This document shows, one piece after another, positions 1 to 11,937 of a DNA stretch of 64,000 nucleotides. The position numbers were made by a program, and so were the translations under genes. The notes under the pieces were generated by a model. The model searched no databases and was not told where the DNA came from. It saw only the letters and a list, made by a program, of their open reading frames with translations. This DNA comes from Ramazzottius varieornatus (taxonomy: Eukaryota; Animalia; Tardigrada). The number at the start of each line of letters is the position of its first letter. Position 1 is the stretch's first letter. Location: assembly GCA_001949185.1 (NCBI GenBank), contig BDGG01000015.1, positions 253,036 through 317,035 of the forward strand, written 5' to 3'.

Positions 1-2709
1 AAATACAGCAAAGTCCTGATGCCCGTCATTCCCCAACTCCACGAACTGTTTCTGAAACCTCCAATGGTAATTTTTAATTTTTAAGTTTACGGACGAATAT
101 TTTTGGGAACTTTTATTTCACTTTATTCACGAATTTTGTTCAATTGTTATTTTCTTTCTCATGCAGAGAAATTCTGTGATTTCCGAGCTGATCGATGGAT
201 ATTCCGGGCTGGTTAAGCGTGTGGGTCAGACACGGTTGCAGCTCGTCCGCCTTTTCGCGCTGTTGATATCCTTCGGAAGAGTCAAGCTGAACCAAGCTCT
301 TTTTGACAGCAAGCTTGTTTTGACGTTACTGGTAAGCCTTTCTTCCTTTTGAAAAATTATATTCTGGAAGGTTTAGAATAAGTTGCGTTGGTCTTTGCAG
401 GATATGTTTTTCGAATATCCGTTCAATTCCTTTTTCCACTCCCAAATACAAAATTGTGTTAACCTGATACTGCACAACCTTCCTCTTGGTCTTTCCGATC
501 CACCCAACGTCACCGTGGATCATCCCTTGCTTCACCAGGTACCGTATCACCCCACTCCCTTTCTCGACTGTGTTCTTCTATAGTTTCCAAAATTCAATCC
601 TCTAAGACATGATAGGGAGCTTGGTCTGGCAAATAAATTGGACAAGGTTTTTCTTCCAAGTGGCGCTTGTTTTCACTGATAGTGGCTGAAAGCGTGCGCC
701 ACATGGAAAAACGAATTTGTCGAGTTACCAAAGCGGCGCATGTTCTCGGTGTTGCTGGCTGAAGGGCGCGCCGCTTGAAAGAACGATCTGGTTGGGTCGT
801 GTGCCTGGGGTCCGCAGTCTTGTACTGGTCAGAGTTGGTATTGATGGAGTCACTTCTGCAGCTGATTGTGACTGGACAGCTACAACGGAAAGTTATGGTC
901 GCTTGGAGGCAGAACACTGAAGAAGAGTACGTTCACGGAGCGAAATTTATTTGATAGTACCAAGTTCGCTGTCACTGACTTTTTTTCACTGCTCTTAGGA
1001 GCTCGGGTAGGACGAGAAAGCCTTACATGGGACATTTGCTGGCCGTCTGTCTGGAGATGTCGGCTGAACAGTCGCCAGCGTATCCTTACATCGAGATGGC
1101 TGTTAACCGTAAGTCTCTTATCATGAGTTTCCCGTCGGCTTGGACAGATATGCACGGTAAATCCAACCTGATGTGTCTGTTCGACAGAACTGGGCACCGA
1201 GGCCGTGTCGGAATGGGAAGATTTCCTGAAGAGCGCTGTTCAACCGCTGGCCGAAATTCAAGCTCGCTGCTTGGTAAGACTGATGAGGAACCTATCTAGA
1301 GTTCGGATGACGGTGATGAGTTTCATGAGAACGATATGAACGTTTCCCGCTTTTGTTCTGCAGTCAGGGCAGCATCCTCTCCAGCCCACGCCGGGAGCCA
1401 TGGCGCGTTCGACGGCTGTTCCCTCGTTTGACAACGTCCAAAATGGACCCTCGAATAATGAAACCTCTGGCCAGTCCAACGCCAACATGGCCATGGAAGT
1501 CGTTCCCTCCAGCTTGAATATTTCCGACGAGAAGTCCACTCAGTCCGTCTTTGACGAGTAAGTCCAACGTTCCATCCAGTTGGTCGATCGAACGTTGCGG
1601 GAACGGTTCTGTGGTCTCTTGTAGGTCGCCGGATGATGAGATGAGGTTACAGCGTATGGACACCGACGACTCGGATGACGAAGAAATGTCAGACACGCCG
1701 ACCAACGTCGACGAAGAGCCCGACTTTCCTAATATGGTCGTCTCTGACGACCAGCTTAGTCAAGGGCCCAAGGTACCCACACCTGATTGGCCTTCACAGC
1801 AACCTCTCGACGTGGCCGAGAAAGCCGGCATTGAACGTATGGAGGAAGCTGAAAACGCCAACTGTAAGAACACCGTCCTCCACAGGAAAAGTATTTGGAA
1901 ATTTAAACAGAATAAGGAAATCTCTTTTCAATTTGGGAGTATTTCTGTATAGCGCCTTGGGATGATGCAATCGTAAATACTGCGGCGCCTGTCTCTTCTG
2001 ACTTCCCTTGGAATACCGAAAACCAGCCTTCTGCTAAATCCACCGACGCATGGGCAGATTTCTCAGTATTCTCCTCCACTCCCGATAAGTCACCAGCTGT
2101 TCACCTTCCAGATCCTTTCTCTAACCCGTAAGTGTCTCCTTTCCCTGCCTCCAACCCATTAGGAATAGATACTTCGGCAAACGATTTCATCGTTGTTTCG
2201 AATGGCGCACGTTTCATTATCATTGACGGAGAACGTGCGCCACTTGACAAAACGATCCTGCCTAGTTGACGTTTGTTCAAGCGGTGTATGGTTCTATTTT
2301 TATCGGATGGCAGAGTGCGCCACTTTATGAAACAGTGCAGATGGATTCATTTGTCGACGTTAGTCTCTCCTTTTTACTTGGGTTTTTTTCCAGGCAACTG
2401 TCCGTAGAGAACGTTTCACCAAACAATGACTCGGAAGACTCTCCCTTCGAGTTTAGCGTCCGCGAGTCGTTGACACCCGAGCCTTCTTCCCCTAACGATG
2501 ACCTGAAAGACCCACCGTTGAAGGAGGCTGTGTCTTCCTCAAACGCAGTCACCGGTGATATCCGGATGGACCGTTTTGTAGCGGGTGATGCACCCACTAC
2601 ACCAGTCTCCACTTCTTCTTCAACCCCTGATAACAGCAACGGTAAAGATTCGCAAGAAGCCTCTTCTTCAAGTAGACAACCTCATAGTGAAGGCTCGAAC
2701 ATAACGTAA
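1..2709 (+). CDS. PPP6R3: Protein phosphatase 6 regulatory subunit (SAPS domain), 3' exons; 5' end lies outside the window
   Basis: Spliced exons give LHELFLKPP / VGQTRLQLVRLFALLI / DMFFEYPFNSFFHSQIQNCVNLIL / RKPYMGHL. These match SAPS motifs recalled from vertebrate PP6R ([38 protein letters not shown]). An acidic low-complexity tail ends HSEGSNIT* at 2709. The symbol denotes the PPP6R1/2/3 family. Confidence 0.85.
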
Positions 2710-3558
2710 CGTCTGGTTCTTTTCCAAGTAATGCTGATACATGTATTTATTTTGATCGCATTTTGTTCGATCCATTCGTTTGCAAATGAGGCAGAATTCA
2801 AGTTTAAAACCAAGGTTGTCGTATTGTAGATTTCTCCTTTGTCCCGTCTTTTTTTGAGCTGACACAATGTTTTCATGAGCTGGTATCGTCCTTGGTCAAA
2901 ATCTTTGAAAGTATTGTTAGTTTGTCGGTGACGTGTTACTGTAGTACTTTGCGTAGCCTAATAAACCGAGTTCCGCAGCATAATTAATGCCATGCGTGAT
3001 TCACACGTCGCCAAACGAAATGTGCAGTGGCGCACGTTTTCATTATCATTGGCCCGATGCATGCGCCGTTTGAAATATCATTTCCGAACGTTTTGTTCTT
3101 CGGCCTTCCAACTATACCATACTGTAATTATCGAGCTTTCTCAGTTCATCCAAATACCGGGTAAGATAAACTGTAGCAAAGAAACGCGGAAATGGGGTCA
3201 AGAACACTGAGAAAGCCGGCTTCCAGGTAGCTTGAACTTGGACTATCGTTCAGAAGCAATAGTGCATTTAACGGTGGGCCGATGGCTCGAAGTGGGAAAA
3301 GACCGTACTTGATAGAAATGGTTGGGAACGAGAATCGGACGGCTGCTTTTTCCCCCAAGGCGAATTGCGTGCTACAGTTTAGGCTCAATCGCTGACGGAA
3401 GTGCGACGAGGGTATCCATGGATTCCGGTGACGGGTTCTTACGGTACAGCGCCGTGACTTTGCTGAAAGTCACGGCGCTCCTGGTGTTCGTACAGGAGCG
3501 AGGAATCATGCCACGTCCCGGACTGGTTGCCTAAACTGGTCCCCTATGACGTCATACT

Positions 3559-5550
3559 ATGAGCGGTGTTGTATTCCTGACACTTTTCTACCTCTTGACC
3601 ATCACCCTTCCTTATTTATCCCGTGCCCATCAGGAAGCACCTCGTCAAGCGCAGATCAACGCTCAGAAGCGCACCTCGACTCGTCAACCGCAGGATGTCG
3701 ACTACGGCGATGACGAAGACGTTATGGACGAGACGAGGCTGGAACCTGAGGAGCAGACTATGACCACCTATGAATGGGCCAGCTTCTTCCCTATCGGTCC
3801 CAGTCCCGCTAACGCCTCCATCGTTTGGAACACTTCAGCCAACGCCAACGACAAGTATGTCGTGGTGGTCAAGACCAACGATAAAACTCTGACGATGGAG
3901 ATGAGCGAAGTGGCCGACTCGGATTACGATACCGTCGAAGTGGTGGTCATTCGGCCCCATGGAACTGAAACCTTCAAAGTCTCCGATAAGATTCGGTACT
4001 TCAAAGGCATTGTCAGAGAACTGAACGACTCGCGCGCTCACGGAATCTTCCGTACAACTGGGCTGTTTGAAGGCATTATTGAAACTGACACCGAGACCTA
4101 TTTCGTAGAGAGCGCCATCAAGTTCATCGGGAACGGCAGTATCTATTCCGGGTCGCTCGACCCCACTTTGGCCGTTATCTATCGCTGGCAGGATCTGCGA
4201 CAGTTCCCGTTTGAGACGGCCTGTAACCAGAAAATGCTACCATGTTACTATTATCAGACCATGCAACACTACCGTCAACTCTTTCCGCCGGAAGACATAC
4301 TCGAGGCAAGGCATGGTGAGGTACAGAAAGGGTCACTGGTAACATATTTCTAGGAATGATGTTTGGGTGTTTCCGTTGTAGGAACTGATGGAAAATCGGC
4401 TACTCGTAAACGTCAGACTGGCAAAACTTGTCCTATGACTATTGTGGCTGACCACCGCTTCTTCCAGAACGTGGGTTTCGGCTCGGTCCATAAGACATTG
4501 GAAGCTATTGTATGGCATATTGAGGAAGTCGACCATCTTTATCGCCAAGCTGACTGGAACAACGACAAAGCACCTGACAGAATCGGGGTAAGTGAACTGC
4601 TCAATCGACCGATCAATATTGTCGAAAGTTTTTCCGCGATGACGTCGTACTCCGACATTTGTGGATTGATAAGTGAAAACTGACGCATTCCGCCGTGACG
4701 TCCACACGCTGCTTTGGACATACTCAATCAGATCGCTTTTCCAAGTGGCGCACACTTCGGTCCATTATTACTGAGAACGTGCGTCACCTAGGAAAACGAT
4801 CCTGTTGTGCTTGTTTGCCGAGCTCTCAGTGTACAGTAGACTATACGGTGTAACGCGTCCTGATTTGAACAGTTTCTTATGTCCAAGTTGTTTTGTCAGG
4901 TATCACTGGACAAGGTGATAATATTCACAGACGCCGCTTCGCCCGGAAATGCCTTCAAGGATGAGACGACAGACGACGAGGTCTTCCTGAAGCGCTTCGC
5001 TGGAGTCAACACGACCGGTTCCTGCGTAGCTGCGGTCTTTACCTTCTCCGACCTGGGTGGAACCTTTGGTATCTCCTACGTGGGTACAGTTTGTGCGCCC
5101 AAGTACAACTGGGCCTTGATCAACTTCCGTAATGTCGATGGGGAGATCCGACAACGTGCAGCATCGGTCATCACCATTATGCACGAGGTCGCTCATGTCT
5201 TTGGCGCCAACCATGACGAGAATGAGACAAGATGTCTGCCCGCTGGACAGAACAACGGAGCTGACAATGGCGGCAACTACATTATGTACCCTACTTCCGC
5301 ATTTGGCCTGTATGAAAATAATCACCGCTTCTCGCCCTGCAGCGTGGAATCCATCGCCAAGAACTTTCAAGACGCTAAGAGGACGCGGTGTATGATTGAC
5401 CGCAGTCCGACTGCTGCGCCATCACGCAGGCGACGTGCGACTAAAAGAGATGTTTTTCGGTACAGTGTACGACAAAATAAACCGTTAAAAATGGGTGTAT
5501 GGAGCCAGATGGTCAAAGCCAATGAAATTTTCGCATACAGCAAGACCTAA
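3559..5550 (+). CDS. ADAM10/ADAM17-like zinc metalloprotease (signal peptide, prodomain, M12B domain only), 3 exons (~3559-4315, 4382-4587, 4900-5550)
   Basis: Hydrophobic N-terminus, prodomain FEGIIETDTETYFVE, furin site RKR, CPMTIVADHRFF, zinc motif HEVAHVFGANHD, Met-turn GGNYIMYP and FSPCS. Confidence 0.85.
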
Positions 5551-5627
5551 TTCTCATTGGCTGAGGGGTAAGTAAGCTCAGCTGGAGTCTTACGCCCATT
5601 TTTAACGGTTAATTTTGTCGTACACTG
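5463..5627. mobile_element. Tc1/mariner-type MITE (165 bp) with TA duplication
   Basis: TA-CAGTGTACGACAAAATAAACCGTTAAAAATGGG ... CCCATTTTTAACGGTTAATTTTGTCGTACACTG-TA. The first 9 bp are identical to the TIR of the Tc1 element at 13633. Confidence 0.9.
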
Positions 5628-6555
5628 TAGAACGTGCATTCTGTGGCTTGAAGATAACTAAATTCTATCCTTCTAAGATACAATAGTAGACAAATCGTAT
5701 TGCCGTAAACTTGAATGTGTAAGGTTTGAAAAAGTTCGATATGGTTTGCGTGACTATAAAAATCATAAAAACGAGTATGTATAACGTTCGAATTTCAAGA
5801 TGATCCCCGCAGCTTGGACTTACCAAATCGAGTTCCTCATCTGCTTTATCATTCTACATCGCTACCATCGTACTCGCTGACCAGTTTTCCGTGCCATTCT
5901 CCATTTGGCCCATTATCCTCCTCTAACTCATCTTCGCACTCAGGGATTGCCTGCGCGTACTCTACCGCATCCTCACCACATCGTGTGATCTTGAGCGTAA
6001 TTTTCGCAAAATGAGGTTTTGATACTTTGGGGACGCCCGTGTTTCTACATTCGTAGATTAAGGATTTACGGATATAATGTTCAACGTCTCGCTGCACGAG
6101 GACAAGCCTTATCGAGGCTGCCGGACATAGCAATACAAAAAAACAAAGCCAGATGATGGAAGACCAAATTAGAATTGGTATTCAGATCTGCAAAATTCGG
6201 AGACTTCTTTTGCTGAGAATTTAGACTTTCGACCCCAGGATACGATGGTCGCTGCCGGGGTATTTCTGACACTGCGGCACCAGGTTTCCCTGTTTAGGGC
6301 TGCATGTCACCAAAGCAAGCTTCGGTGGGACGAATACAAAAGAAACATGGTCACTGTCAGCTAGATCCGGTTACCCAACTGCAACGCCCTTCTCCATCCA
6401 ACCAAACCCAACCACTCAGTGCGTATTCGCACACTTTAACACTACTGTCAGAACAAGAGATCACCAGCAAGGTTCTTCCCAAAAAGAAACAAACCGAAGT
6501 CCACATTATCAAGAGCTAAACGAAACTTCCATGAAAACTCGTAGGCATCTGGAGG

Positions 6556-7725
6556 TAGTGTTGGCAATAATACGATATAATTCGATACGATATTTTTCGA
6601 TAAAATATCGGCGCACATTTTATCGCGGTCTTCGATATTCATTCGGTATCGATATTTCGATAAGATATTTTTCCGGTCGATATATCGTATCACATCGCAG
6701 CGATATGTCGATATTTCTGGAGAGTGCTCCGCACACCACCTCTCACCACCGTACTCTCCTAATACCACCTTTTCACCACCGTTTGTCTGGACGGACCCCC
6801 TTTCGTTCACCACCGTTACTTAATCAGAATTTAAATTTTCTGCGCACCACTCTTGTCCGGAGACAGCGTCTTAAGCAAAGAACCGCGGAAGTGGTTCTTA
6901 GATTATTTCAATAGAAAAAAGATCGAGAAACTGTCACGCCGTCGGGGGAGACCTGGTACCAGATTGGGATATCGAAGCGCAGTCACTATAACCATAGAGT
7001 CAGCGGTGTTCTAGCTATATCAGAGAACAGGAAAGAGTCACGATCCTAAAGATCCTGCTGTTGACAAACACTTCTTGTCGCCTTTAATCCCGATGAACGC
7101 GTGATCTAACTTTCTTCTCTAAGACTAAGTACTGAGAAGCAATCTGGCAAAAAGTGGTGCTCAAAATCCTTGGTGGTGGCCCTTAGCTAGAAAGCGGTGT
7201 ACGGAGTGAACGGTGGTGATGATTTGGAATTGAAAGGTGGTATTAGGAGACTACGGTGGTGGAAGGTGTATCAGGAGACTATGGGGGTGGAAGGCGGTGT
7301 GCGGAGCCTTCGCCTTAAGTTTTCTGGAATTCCACTGGTTGAAGCCCGATCGAAAGCGTCAGATGCAGCAAAGACGTGATTATACCAAGGCTTCAAAGTT
7401 CAAACACATGGAAATCTGGATAGAATTAGTACCAAGACCGAATGGGCGGAGTGTGCTCGCCTGCTGGGCATGCCATGGCCAGAATCAAGGCTTTGAAATC
7501 AACCATAGTCTTTCGTAAACTTGATATCAGTACCAAGTTTGCCATTCACCAAAATACCGATGTATCGATGTATCGGAAATATATCAATATGGCGCGGTAT
7601 GATATCGCCGAATGTTTTATTGCATTATTCGATATCAGCTTCATATCGATATCTTCGATACACTATCTGCCGCATATTTTATCGCAAAGGTTCGATATCG
7701 GTATACCGTATCGTTGCCAGCACTA
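6556..7725. mobile_element. Non-autonomous hAT-like element
   Basis: Ends TAGTGTTGGCAA / TTGCCAGCACTA. Flanking 8-mers TCTGGAGG (6548-6555) and TCTCGAGG (7726-7733) match at 7/8. Dense CGATA/TATCG subterminal repeats at both ends. Internal EIWIELV...ACWACH resembles the start of a BED finger. Confidence 0.75.
6719..7314 (+). mobile_element. Internally deleted copy of the MULE at 43048-44194, nested in the hAT element
   Basis: Same ends (GGAGAGTGCTCCGCACACCACC ... GGTGTGCGGAGCCTTCGCC) and CACCACC subterminal repeats. 6920-7105 matches ~43833-44018 (AAGATCGAGAAACTGTC...GTTGACAAACACTTCTTG). No intact TSD. Confidence 0.8.
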
Positions 7726-8060
7726 TCTCGAGGAAACTGAAGCCTGCAAAACTGCAAATCTTCTGGCGGCACTTGTAAGTTATCAATCAATCGACCAGAT
7801 CGCTGACAAGAAGCAACAGGTTGCTTTTCTTGAGCAGCGAGACCTGACGACTGACAAGCCACCCAGCCCTTGATTTATTGATCGTTTGTCACAAGTTTTT
7901 GATTTTTGATTGATAGAGTTTGTTTGCGTTTTTCTTTTCGGATTTTTTGTCTTTCCAGTTTCCAATTTACGTCTCTCCTCTCCCATGTCCTGACCATCAT
8001 CGGCATCTGCATCCAGCATCTTCAGATCACCGAAGACGGCAACCACAGGAAGAGACCAGG

Positions 8061-9445
8061 ATGTTCCATCTCTGCGCCGAGAAGTCTCATCCCCATGCTT
8101 CCCGATGCAAACGACCATCCTTTAAAGAGCGGAAGAGTATCGGTATGAGCATCGTTGCTTCAATGGTCGACCGTTTAGCCTGGTTACAGTGCTCTGCTTC
8201 TTGTTTTGCAGAGCTCCGTCGGGAAGAGATTCTTAACATACGTCGAGATCATCCGCACAAAATTCCTGTAAGCATTGCACCGAGTAATTTGGTCTCTGTG
8301 GTCGCAATCGCGTGTCAATTGGGTTATCGTGTTCGATTTCTTCTCTTGAATTTCTTCAGGTTATCGTGGAGCGATATCGCAAAGAAGTGGACCTGCCTCT
8401 GCTCGAAAAAGGTAAGTGAGACGATGGGCTAATATTAATTCTGAGTGGCTCATAATGTTCCTTTTGCAGAAAAATATTTGGTCCCTTCCGACGGTGAGTC
8501 GAAGTCGGAGATTGTTTTTTCTCGACAGATCGTTTTTCTGCGTGGCGCACATTCCACGCCAGTGACACTGGAAACGTGCGCCACCCTGGAAAACATACAA
8601 ACTCGACAAGATTGCCTCACAAGTGGCGTACACTTCTGGTCGTCAACATCGCAAACGTGCGTCACTTGAAAAACTAATATCGTTGGAACAATCTTGGAAA
8701 GCTCCAAATCGTCTTGCAGCTCCTGCTACCCGTAATATTATTAACATTCTTTTTATTTTTCAGTGACGATGTCGCAGTTCCTGTCTATCATAAGGTAGGC
8801 ATCAACTGCCCGTTTTCGTGGCGCGGTGCTTTCGGCCATGACTGTAAAAACAGACCGTGACTTGGCCACTGCTAAAATCAGCGCAAGGTTGATCGTAATC
8901 GCGTTATCGTTCTGATGGCCAACCTTGCTTTCTTCTTGTAGAAGTCGTCTAGTTCTAGCGCCGAATCAAGCTTTCTACCTGATTGTGAACAACAAGTTCC
9001 TCGCCAGCATGAGTAAGACGATGGGAGAGATCTATCACGAAGAACACGATCCCGATGGATTTCTTTACATGGTAACGGTATTATTTGATTTCTTTCCGTA
9101 GCCCCAAATATTAGACAACAAATTTGGGGACTCGACAAAGTAAAAACCAAACTCGGCAAAGTCAAAAACACACGGCAAGACTGTATTTTTCAAGTGGCGC
9201 ACGTTTTTGCTGTTATTAACTGGAAGTGTGCGCCACCTGGAATGACGATCTTGTCAAACTGTAGTGTTTTCCCAAGCGGCGCAAGGTATCAGTGTGTGGA
9301 AGCGTGCGCCAGTGTTGAGAGAACGTCGTTAGAACGTCGTTAGAACGATCTTGGGAGGTTGTTCGCCGAGATACTATTTGACAAGCTGATCGTAATGTTT
9401 TTTTCTGGCTCGTAGGTGTACGCATCGCAGGAAATGTTTGGATGA
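8061..9445 (+). CDS. MAP1LC3: ATG8/LC3 family autophagy ubiquitin-like protein (LC3 subfamily), many small exons; start codon tentative
   Basis: Spliced product: RPSFKERKSI-ELRREEILNIRRDHPHKIP-VIVERYRKEVDLPLLEK-EKYLVPSD-VTMSQFLSII-RSRLVLAPNQAFYLIVNNKFLASMSKTMGEIYHEEHDPDGFLYM-VYASQEMFG*. Confidence 0.9.
9150..9370. repeat. Hairpin MITE family copy (GTGGCGCAC...GTGCGCCAC), LC3 intron
   Basis: CAAGTGGCGCACG..GTGCGCCACCTGG..ACGATCTTGTC, two tandem units. Confidence 0.75.
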
Positions 9446-10038
9446 CTCTCTCTGAAATATCATGCGTGGAGAAATCATTTACCTTCTGTACAATCTTGCC
9501 TTGTGGTCTCCTCTTGCTCAACACTTCTGCTCGATTTTCTCCACCAGACTTTTTTGTGCTCTGCATTGGAAATATTGTGATCTTTTTGTACTGTTGTTAC
9601 TGGGCTGGTCCTTCCTTCTCATTGTTTTTCGGTCTCGAACCTGTGGCTTACATTCTTGTTTTACTTTTGGGCCCGCCGGAAACGATTCTTTTCTACTACC
9701 TTGAGGCTGCAGAAACTCTGTATGAATAACCTGACATTGTTGCTTTCAACGAATACATACTTTTACCCGAACAATAGTTCCCCAAAATGTCCACACCCCA
9801 AAAAATGGAAACCGATCGTCTAGAACACTTATCAATCTAACAAATGAACGAACAGTCGAAACAGCCCACAATCACGTTTTCGCTATATCTGGAACCACAA
9901 AAGGAAGGTTGGAGGCATACATGACATAATACGAAGGCGATCATGACATGGAGGCGATCATGACATAATACGAAAGAAATAAACTCGTTCAAAAACTGGA
10001 AAATAATATTCAGATAAATTAGCACGAAATAATATAAA

Positions 10039-11350
10039 CTAGAGAAAATACGGGGTGATCTGTCGCGGAGGTATGTCCCGTTGATTTTCGGGGACGGCTT
10101 GAAAGATTTTTGCCGTTCTCTGCTTGGCATTCTGCAGCTCCAGGATAGCCGCCACGTTGCCGCACCGATAGCAATAGTTGGGCGCCGACCACACCGTTAC
10201 CAGTTGATCGTCGAAGACATACTTAATGCCTTCCTGAACCAGCTGATGAGCCCTGGCCAGCAGGTCTAGCTTGTTGATGTCCATGAATTCCTTCAGGACC
10301 TTCTGGCCGAACAACCATCCCGCCCCACGCGGACTGGTCGCCCAACCTTCCACACCGTCATCGGGGTCGGACCATACCAGGTCGCAGAAAGCGCCCTTGT
10401 GTGGAATCTCAATGTTGCGCTCGATGGTGCGGATCTGGTCCAGGGTGGTGATGTCGGGCGAGAGGCCACCGTGAACGCAGAGCACCGTGTTGTCCACCAA
10501 CGCCGCGATGGACATCACGTCAAAGAGGCGGCAGAAGGCCTTCCATGTGTTGGCGTTGCCGTACTTGCTCAAACATTCATCTGCAAGACAGAAGCACTGT
10601 GAAGGTCAGACAACTCCCATCGGAGGCATGGAGGGGACTCGGGCTATCAAAACGAAAGCAAATTAATGGGCCTCGGACGAATGAACTACGGCAGATCGTT
10701 TTCTCCAAGTGACGCACGCAATCAGTCAAAAACAGGGCAACTGTGCGCCTCTCAAGATGACGACCAACGAGCCAACGAACGTTATGATTGACCAAAGCAG
10801 GTGGAGTAACGCCTAAAGGCGGATCATAGCCAATGCAAACACATGCACCTAAATCAACAAATCGATTCGATCGAATCAACAAATCGATTCGATCGAATTT
10901 CGCTTTTTAAGATTTTCCGACCGGAAATGGTTGAAAATTCCCAGGGAGGCTTCGAACTGTCTTACCATAAAATCCATAAACTTGAGTAATCTGACGGCTC
11001 TCATGATTGCCACGTAAGAGATATATCCTGGATGGGTAGCGGGCTTTGAGGGTGAGAAGTCTGGTCAGCGTTTCCAGGCTGTAATATCCACGATCGACAA
11101 AATCACCCATAAAGATGTACTTGGTGGCTGGCACGGAGCCACCTGTCCGGAAGAGCTCTTCCAGATCGTAAAACTGTCCGTGAATGTCCCCACATATGGT
11201 CACAGGAGTATCGACGTCGATCACATTTGGCTCTTCCACCAGAATATCAAAGCAAAAGTCAATCAGTTTCATCGTCTCATTTTCGGGGAGATACTTGCAG
11301 TCCTTGGCTACTTCCACCCACCGATCCAGATCATTCACCATGACCTCCAT
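10039..11350 (-). CDS. PPP6C: Serine/threonine protein phosphatase 6 catalytic subunit, 2 exons (11350-10966, 10580-10039)
   Basis: GDIHGQ, GDFVDRG, RGNHE and [11 protein letters not shown] motifs. PP6-type N-terminus CKYLPEN, KYGNAN, and C-terminal TPYFL. Confidence 0.95.
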
Positions 11351-11727
11351 CCTTCAAGCAGACAGTGAGCTCCACATTCAGCTTATTAAATGGAAGGCAG
11401 ACATGTGCCAGAATGCAGAAACAAAACAGGTGGACGATAATTATTATTCCGATAGTCGAAAATTTCGAATGACCGGGTTCATACTTGTCCTCAATCAAGT
11501 CCAATTCAATCAAACGGGAGATTGATCCAAGGGTTATTGGGTTACCCCCTTCACCCAGGCGCCAAACGAAATGCATGAGGGGAGAGACAGCCTTAAGACG
11601 AGACCTCCCACAAAATTTCTTTCAGATTTTTTTCAGGTAGAGGATTGTGGAGGAGCGAGTGAAACTTTCCTGGAGCTCGCTGCTTTCCTTTATGGTTCGC
11701 TGTAAAATCTCAGGATAGGTGTTGGAG

Positions 11728-11937
11728 ATGTCGGGCAATACGCACAGTGGAGCCGAGTATCTGGATCTGGTGACCCTTCCGCCCAAAAAGCTCAAGACGA
11801 GTCGTAAACCGGAAGAGGCTGTATTTCAGGACGTGAGCACGTACTCCGTTAGTGAGCTATAACAAAAGGTACACTTCTGCCTCCTGCAAGAAACGTTCGT
11901 CTACTTGGATCTGCGCAACTCCACGAAACTGAACAAG
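11728..11937 (+). pseudogene. Degraded paralog of the F-box gene at 25512
   Basis: Manual translation PKKLKTSRK...YSVSEL*QKVHFCLLQETFVYLDLRNSTKLNK aligns to KKLKKSQ...YTLDELWRKSSILLIKNILSYLDLRNSCKLSR. A TAA at 11860 replaces the Trp. Confidence 0.7.

Noticed and set aside
10851-10898. Short tandem duplications (also ~9917-9975, ~41322-41370, ~58089-58137, ~61710-61760)
   Set aside because: Two- or three-copy slippage-type repeats with no evidence of function.
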